A stretch of DNA of 64,000 nt from a virus. Position numbers and translations under genes: made by a program. Where the stretch lies: positions 1 to 64,000 of the IMG/VR virus record IMGVR_UViG_3300027313_000002. One strand, given 5' to 3'. A model generated the notes under the pieces. It did no database searches, was not told where the DNA came from, and saw only the letters and a list, made by a program, of their open reading frames with translations. The number at the start of each line of letters is the position of its first letter. Positions within the stretch are counted from its first letter, which is position 1. This document shows, piece by piece, positions 58,736 to 64,000 of the stretch.

Positions 58736-59494
58736 CTACACCACGATGTCCACGTCCCCGGCAGCGACCTCATGCCAGCGCTGCGGCGGGTAGTCCTCCT
58801 GATAGCAGCTGCTGCGGGTCGACGGGTACATGTGCGCGGACAGCTCGGAGCGGTACAGCGCGCTGACCTCGCCGATGTGCAGCGCACGGGACCGCAGCGG
58901 GAACAGGCACCGCACGCCCGCCTCGCCGAGCCGGATGCGCAGCTGGGCGTCCCAGCCGAGCGCGTTGCCCTCCGGCACCCCCCAGCCGGGCTCGATGAAC
59001 TCCTCCCAGCAGACCTTCCAGGTGCCCCAGGTCAGCGGGCTGAACCACGGCAGCCGCACGACGGCACCCGCCCGGGCATCCCGGCTGGACAGCACGTGCG
59101 CGCAGGCGATCATGATGTCCGGGTCCGCCGCATAGGTCGCCGCAGCCCAGCTGAAGTACTCCAGCACGTCGGCGGACACCACGACGTCCTCCTCGGCCAG
59201 CACCGCGAACGGGGCGCTGCTGCGGAAGGCGAGATCCAGGGCCCGGCGCGTGTTGGCCACCACGCCGAGGCGCTCGCGGTTGACCGAGCAGTGCGCGTGC
59301 CGGAAGGACCGCTCCGCCCAGGCCTCGAAGTCCGCCACCGGGAACGACGGGTCCGGCTCGATGCAGAACAGCAGGTAGGCGTCGTCTGCACCGCGGACCC
59401 GGGCCCAGGACTCCAGGGCCGCGCGCAGGTAGTCCTGCCGTTGCCCGCTGACCGTGAACGCGACAGTGACGGCTAGCAGAGCGATGCCGCCAGG
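58736..59494 (-). CDS. GT-A glycosyltransferase, in frame with and immediately after the capsid stop codon
   Basis: RQDYLRAALESW...LFCIEP; LAEEDVVVS (DxD-like); FSPLTWGTW; GWD; no ATG/GTG for the first 52 codons. Confidence 0.8.
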   Translation of the reverse strand, partial: PGGIALLAVTVAFTVSGQRQDYLRAALESWARVRGADDAYLLFCIEPDPSFPVADFEAWAERSFRHAHCSVNRERLGVVANTRRALDLAFRSSAPFAVLAEEDVVVSADVLEYFSWAAATYAADPDIMIACAHVLSSRDARAGAVVRLPWFSPLTWGTWKVCWEEFIEPGWGVPEGNALGWDAQLRIRLGEAGVRCLFPLRSRALHIGEVSALYRSELSAHMYPSTRSSCYQEDYPPQRWHEVAAGDVDIVV

Positions 59495-60700
59495 CTAGTC
59501 GATGGTGCCGCCGCCCGGGGCGTTGCCCACCGCGCCAGCCCAGTACCCGGCCGGGGCCGCGGTCGCTCCGGTGCCGATGATGCCGGTGGCCACGAGCATC
59601 TGCTCAGGCCTGGTCACAATAGGCAGAAGATGCCATTCCAGAAGGTACTGCCTGGCCGACGGATCTTTTTCCTTCCAGGTTTTCGCGTACTTTCCAGTAA
59701 ATCCATCGGGCGCTTCATCATCGGCGGTCGGGCCGATTAGCAGCTCGATAGGCCGCTGGTCGGTGTAGTTGCCCAAATACATCTGTCCATCGGGGACAAA
59801 AAAGCTGATATTGCCGAGGTCCGACTCGAAGACCTGCTCCACTGTGTTCCATACGAGCCCCATAAAGCCGGACATTATGCCCGTGCTATAAAACTCGTCC
59901 TTCATACGATCTGAGAGCATGGTCGCCGGGATATTGACCGTGGCGCCGGAGGTAGCCTGGGTCCAGGCTTCCATGAGGGCCGCCATTGTCACCGAGGTCG
60001 CGAATACTTCCTTGGCCGGGACGCGCCCGTGGATTTGCACGACCCGCTTCCAGGAGCGGACGTCCTCCAGGATGGACACCGGGTTGGCGTACGTTATCGT
60101 ACCGGTCCCGGCGTTCAGCCGCGTGCCCGCCTGGCCCAGCGTGAGCGGGTTGCTCGGCGAGCCGGTGCCCGTGCCGCCGGTCGTGTAGTAGACCAGCGAG
60201 GGGTTGTTGACCCACGGCGTGGCCGGGGTGACGAAATGCGAGGCGGGGAACTTGTAGTCCACGACCGCCTGGATGTCCGCGTAGTTGTAATTGATACCGC
60301 CGCCGAGGGCCTGCCAGCAGCTCCATTCCGCAAAATTGTCGAACCTCATATTGAGGTCATTGATCTCGCGGAGGACTGCCTGCTCGGCGTTTACCCGCGC
60401 GATTTCCCCGGGCACCCGGAGCCAGTGAAGGGTGGTCGGCTCGAACACTTTCTTCTCGCGAAGATAAATGAATGCAGCCGACTCTTGCGAGCGGCCGAGA
60501 CGGGAAATTATGTGCGCTTCCGAATTGGGGACGTTAGGCTTAGCGACCGCACGCGAGCCCTTTACCACATCCCATGTCGCGGACGGGAAAGGCCAGGGAG
60601 TCTGATCCAGCCTGTTCATGAGCACGAGCGTTTCCGGCGTGACGAACTTCTCCACGACTCCGCGCAGGACCACGGGCTCAAGGAGGCTGATGTCTGGCAT
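59495..60700 (-). CDS. Major capsid protein (lambda gpE-like family)
   Basis: 401 aa, RBS AAAGGGAG; EWSCWQAL.G...VDYK; KDPS...LP; downstream of a gpD-like gene. Confidence 0.88.
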   Translation of the reverse strand: MPDISLLEPVVLRGVVEKFVTPETLVLMNRLDQTPWPFPSATWDVVKGSRAVAKPNVPNSEAHIISRLGRSQESAAFIYLREKKVFEPTTLHWLRVPGEIARVNAEQAVLREINDLNMRFDNFAEWSCWQALGGGINYNYADIQAVVDYKFPASHFVTPATPWVNNPSLVYYTTGGTGTGSPSNPLTLGQAGTRLNAGTGTITYANPVSILEDVRSWKRVVQIHGRVPAKEVFATSVTMAALMEAWTQATSGATVNIPATMLSDRMKDEFYSTGIMSGFMGLVWNTVEQVFESDLGNISFFVPDGQMYLGNYTDQRPIELLIGPTADDEAPDGFTGKYAKTWKEKDPSARQYLLEWHLLPIVTRPEQMLVATGIIGTGATAAPAGYWAGAVGNAPGGGTID

Positions 60701-60840
60701 TTGCCGGCTCCCTTTCAGGTGCTTTCCGCTACGGAGGCAGCGGCACCTGCCCGGTGCCCGGCCTGCGCCGCCCCCCCGGGGGAGCCACCTGGCTGGCCTG
60801 GCCGCATGATCGCGGTTACCCGGTCTTATCGACCCGGGCA

Positions 60841-60879
60841 CGCGAGAGCCCCCGGCGCTGCGACGCCGGGGGTCTCGCG
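60841..60879 (-). terminator. Stem-loop between the peroxidase gene and the capsid promoter
   Basis: cgcgagagccccggcg ... cgccgggggtctcgcg. Confidence 0.55.
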
Positions 60880-60906
60880 CGGACAAGTGCCGCGGCCGGG
60901 ATGCGA

Positions 60907-62643
60907 TCAGGACTGCGGGCCGGCGTTCTGGCCGAGGGCAGGGGCCGGGCTGCTGCCGGACGGGACCACCCCGGCGAACCTCAGCAGGTCCGCCAGGCCG
61001 AACGACCCGTCCGCCGCGGCAATCGGCGCCGCTGGCTTGAAGTTGCTGGCGATGGCACCGCCCTTGTCGACCTGGAGAAGGCGCAGCAGCACATCAGTGC
61101 AGATCCTGGCCCCCACGGGGCCGAGCATCGCCTGGGTGTTGTTGCCGGCCGTGCCGGTGCCGTCGAAATTGTCCACCGTGGTGACGCCCTGGTTCTGCAG
61201 GAACGCCTCGTAGCCGACGTAGAACAGCAGCGGCGTGCCGTCCTCGAAGCCGGGGATGACGGTCGGGTCGATCGCCGTGCCGGGCGCAATTGGGGTCAGC
61301 CCGTAGGCCCTGGCCACGTCCTGCCCGGAGGGCATCTGGTAGAAGAACGCGCGGATGAAGTCGCGGAACATCAGCGAGTTGGACCCGGACGGCTGCGCGC
61401 CGCTCGGGCCGCCGATCGGCAGGCCCGCCCCGGTGCCGAGCAGCGCCGCGCCGGGCGGCTGGCCGAACAGCGACTGCGCGACCATGTGCAGGCCATCGGC
61501 GCCGGGCTGCTTGAGGACCTGGAGCGCCAGGCCGGGCACCGAGGGGTCATACAGCGCCTCGTGCCACTGCCGCCAGTCAATCTGGTGGTCGAGCGTCAGC
61601 GGATACCCGCCGTGCAGGTCACCCGCGGACTTGTTCGGCACGCCGCCTCCTCCGGCCGTGCCGGTGGCCCCGGCCACGCCCGTGAACAGGTTGTTCCGGC
61701 TGTCGGAGTTCGGGGAGATCACCGGGTTGGGCGCGTAGGCGTTCCTGACCAAGAAGTGACCGAACCTGTACGCGCCGACCGAGAACTCGATCGGCATGAC
61801 GGGCTTGGTCACGTCGGCGCCGGGGTCGTAGACCCGGCCTTTGCCGTCCAGCATGTCGGTGATGGTCTGCTGGCCGAAGAATGTCGGCATCAGGTCATGC
61901 AGGATGAGCCACTGCCAGTAGTGGATGACTGTCTTCTGGGCCTTGGCGAAGTGCTTGATCTTGAGCTGGTCGACCACGGCGTTATGGAACAGCAGCAACG
62001 AGACATGCAATTGCGAGATGATCTCGTTCTCGTCGTCGCGGGTCTCGACCACGATCGCCGAGCCGTCCGCGCGGCGGGGGAGGTCGACGACGCCGTTGAC
62101 GTTGGGGCCGACGATGAAGTGCAGCTTGTCGGCCTGGTACAGCTCGGGCGACACGCTCGGGCCGCCGCCGTAGATCATGGACAAGTCGACCTTCTTGGTC
62201 TCGTAGTCCAGGACCGGGTTGCCGTCCGGATCTAGCAGCGGGTCACGCGCCGACTTGGCCTTGAAGGAGAACGCGGCGGTGGGCTGCGGCTGCACGTCCA
62301 GGGTCACGTCGTGGTCGAGGATCTGGAGGGCGTAGGTGCGGGCGGCACCGAACGTGGTGTCAAACTTGCCGCCGGGCTGGAGCATGGCATCCGCCAGCGC
62401 GGCCAGCGCGGTGGCCGGGTCGCCGTTCGGGACGAACCCGGTCAGCTTGGGGAACATCCGGCCGAACATGGCGCCGGACGGGTCCTGGCCGGGCACCGAG
62501 ACGGCCCGGGTCGGGTCGAGCGCCATTGAAGCGGACGCCGGGCTGGCCAGCGCCCGGCCGCCGCCCTTCAGCAAGACGACGGCAGCGGGCGCGCCCACCA
62601 GGCCCAGGCGCAGCAGGGTGCGGCGGGACATATCAGCGGTCAT
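60907..62643 (-). CDS. Tat-exported haem peroxidase (peroxidase-cyclooxygenase superfamily)
   Basis: SRRTLL signal; FGRMFP; Q.LDHD; DL..IYG; R.DEN; FHN; EFSVGAYRFGH; PSGQ; LGPVGARI. Confidence 0.9.
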   Translation of the reverse strand: MTADMSRRTLLRLGLVGAPAAVVLLKGGGRALASPASASMALDPTRAVSVPGQDPSGAMFGRMFPKLTGFVPNGDPATALAALADAMLQPGGKFDTTFGAARTYALQILDHDVTLDVQPQPTAAFSFKAKSARDPLLDPDGNPVLDYETKKVDLSMIYGGGPSVSPELYQADKLHFIVGPNVNGVVDLPRRADGSAIVVETRDDENEIISQLHVSLLLFHNAVVDQLKIKHFAKAQKTVIHYWQWLILHDLMPTFFGQQTITDMLDGKGRVYDPGADVTKPVMPIEFSVGAYRFGHFLVRNAYAPNPVISPNSDSRNNLFTGVAGATGTAGGGGVPNKSAGDLHGGYPLTLDHQIDWRQWHEALYDPSVPGLALQVLKQPGADGLHMVAQSLFGQPPGAALLGTGAGLPIGGPSGAQPSGSNSLMFRDFIRAFFYQMPSGQDVARAYGLTPIAPGTAIDPTVIPGFEDGTPLLFYVGYEAFLQNQGVTTVDNFDGTGTAGNNTQAMLGPVGARICTDVLLRLLQVDKGGAIASNFKPAAPIAAADGSFGLADLLRFAGVVPSGSSPAPALGQNAGPQS

Positions 62644-62684
62644 GAGCGGTTTCCTCTCAGGTGGCTTCCCCCTCACGAGCCGAA

Positions 62685-63095
62685 TCAGCTCAGGATGTAC
62701 ACGGACACGTGATTCCGGAGACTGACACAGATGATGGACGGCACGTGGATGACCACGGTCCGGTGCAGGACCACCGAGTAAGTGGACTCGGCGGTAGTCG
62801 CCAGCCGGCAGCCGGAAAACGGGCTCGCCGACGGCGGCGCAGTGGGGGCGGCCGGGGACGTCACCGCGGGCGTGCTGCTCGGGCTAACAGTCACGGTGGG
62901 CGTCGGGGTCACGGTTGCCGCCGGGGTCACGGTTGCCGCCGGGGTCACGGTCACGGTCACGGTGGGGGTCGGCGAACTGGTGTCGGCCGGGCCAGCCGCA
63001 TGAGTGCTGGCCGCCAGGGCGGTGCCGCCAATGGCCAGCGCGGCGACGATTGCGCCCAAGACCGCGGCGACACGGATCATCAGTGAACGGGGCAT
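62685..63095 (-). CDS. Secreted Thr/Pro-rich protein with TVTPAA repeats
   Basis: Signal peptide; 18-bp tandem repeats; leaderless late promoter. Confidence 0.7.
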   Translation of the reverse strand: MPRSLMIRVAAVLGAIVAALAIGGTALAASTHAAGPADTSSPTPTVTVTVTPAATVTPAATVTPTPTVTVSPSSTPAVTSPAAPTAPPSASPFSGCRLATTAESTYSVVLHRTVVIHVPSIICVSLRNHVSVYILS

Positions 63096-63159
63096 ACCTG
63101 CCCTATCGGGCCCAGCAGGCGCTACGCACAACAAACCTGAAAGTTACTTCTGAATTGCT

Positions 63160-63825
63160 TCAGAACACGAACGCGTTCACCCCAGGCGCGGTGGCCGGGA
63201 GCTGGCCGTCCATCGGGCCGCCGGGGAACGGCGCCGGGCCCTGCGCGGCGACCGAACCGCCGTACGGCACGTACCGCGCGCCCAGCTGGGCCAGGATCTG
63301 GCCTGCCCCGGATCCGAGGCCGTTGCCGACCACGTTGGTGGTCTCGGTGCCAGACACGATGTTTCCGTTCAGGATGCCGCGGATGACCATGTTGCCGAGC
63401 GCGTCGTTGGCCACCTTGCCCGCCGGGCTGGCCGGGAACACGACCGTGCCGCCGGCCAGCGTAATACCGTCCGGGTTCACGCTGTTGGTGTTGGAGTTGT
63501 ACGCGGCCACCGAGGCCGCGCCCGGGCCGCCCGTGTCCCGCGCATCGCGCAGCACGCCCATGGCCACGCCCCGCCCGTCGGTGGCGGCGGCCTGGTAGGC
63601 GAAGTACTTGCCGCTGGCCGTGTGCCTGGCCACCACGCAGCCGGTGGGCAGCACGCCCTGGCCCGCGGCCAAGGTGACGCCCCGCTGGGTGTAGCCGGCC
63701 ATGGACAGGAGCAGCTCGGCGACCGCTTCGGCATGGAACTCGTCACCGTAGGGTGCGCCCTGCTCATGAGTCGGCTTCTGGTACTGGGCCGGGTAGTCGA
63801 ACTCCACGCTGTCGCTGGCTGGCAT
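63160..63825 (-). CDS. Head decoration protein (lambda gpD-like)
   Basis: GVTLAAGQGVLPTG.VV....SGKY..Y....DG...A.GVL. Confidence 0.8.
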   Translation of the reverse strand: MPASDSVEFDYPAQYQKPTHEQGAPYGDEFHAEAVAELLLSMAGYTQRGVTLAAGQGVLPTGCVVARHTASGKYFAYQAAATDGRGVAMGVLRDARDTGGPGAASVAAYNSNTNSVNPDGITLAGGTVVFPASPAGKVANDALGNMVIRGILNGNIVSGTETTNVVGNGLGSGAGQILAQLGARYVPYGGSVAAQGPAPFPGGPMDGQLPATAPGVNAFVF

Positions 63826-63842
63826 CTAGGTCGCCTCCCCGT

Positions 63843-64000
63843 CTACCTGGTCTTGGTGCCGTTGGGCGAGAAGAACTGGGAGTGCGCAGCGGTGAGCCGC
63901 GCCACCTCGGTGTCGATGTCCTGCTCCTGGCGCTGGTCCCCGTCCGGCCCGCTGAGGCCCTCCTGGTTGTTCAGCTTGACCACCGGCTCCTCGGGCAGCA
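63843..64000 (-). CDS. C-terminus of scaffold/prohead protease (partial)
   Basis: Open frame running off the window end; synteny upstream of the decoration gene. Confidence 0.55.
   Translation of the reverse strand, partial: LPEEPVVKLNNQEGLSGPDGDQRQEQDIDTEVARLTAAHSQFFSPNGTKTR

Larger units (their letters stand above)
1..64000 (-). mobile_element. Actinobacteriophage (siphovirus-type) genome segment or prophage
   Basis: Co-oriented capsid, head-tail, tail tube, chaperone, tape measure, Dit and tail fibre genes; dense small overlapping early genes; actinobacterial signature genes (Lsr2, Rpf, DivIVA, TraB). Confidence 0.95.

Noticed and set aside
1-64000. tRNA genes, integrase/att sites, reverse transcriptase/DGR
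   Set aside because: None recognised by eye; tRNAscan-SE and the rest of the genome would be needed to exclude them, especially a phage Leu-tRNA(UAA)

Overview
This 64-kb window is part of a large, very GC-rich (roughly 70% or more, by eye) tailed actinobacteriophage or prophage genome of siphovirus type. Almost all genes are on the minus strand. (1) About 1-22 kb is an early/accessory region of small genes. It is organised into cassettes, each headed by a SigA-type promoter overlapped by a palindromic operator TTGACnnnnGTCAA (16 copies found). It includes an ECF sigma factor, a Phd-like antitoxin, a YdjM hydrolase, an HNH endonuclease, a plus-strand holin-like/NlpC-P60 pair, a structured ncRNA candidate and two unannotated secreted micro-peptides. 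(2) About 21.6-27 kb is an actinomycete conjugative-element (AICE/plasmid)-type module: clt-like repeats, TraB FtsK-type translocase, DUF2637/Spd protein, Xis-like HTH, GntR-UTRA regulator and a UbiC-fold gene. (3) About 28-64 kb is the virion module: tail fibre/minor tail, Dit, tape measure, chaperones, tail tube, head-tail proteins, major capsid E and decoration D. It is interleaved with DivIVA, Lsr2, LysM-Rpf, two glycosyltransferases (one with an intein), SLOG, two HNH endonucleases and a Tat-signal haem peroxidase. The most notable signal is that the only in-frame TTA (bldA-type) codons I found sit at three junction or frameshift sites in consecutive tail genes, one being a clean matched-codon bypass (AAG-TT-AAG). 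Late genes also share a YCGAT-N4/5-CRGGY promoter motif resembling the WhiG/sigma28 -10 element. Together with the TraB module, these suggest a phage that spreads between hyphae and ties virion assembly to host development. All family assignments come from motif recognition by eye; no database searches were run. No tRNA, rRNA, CRISPR array, integrase or replicase was recognised in the window.
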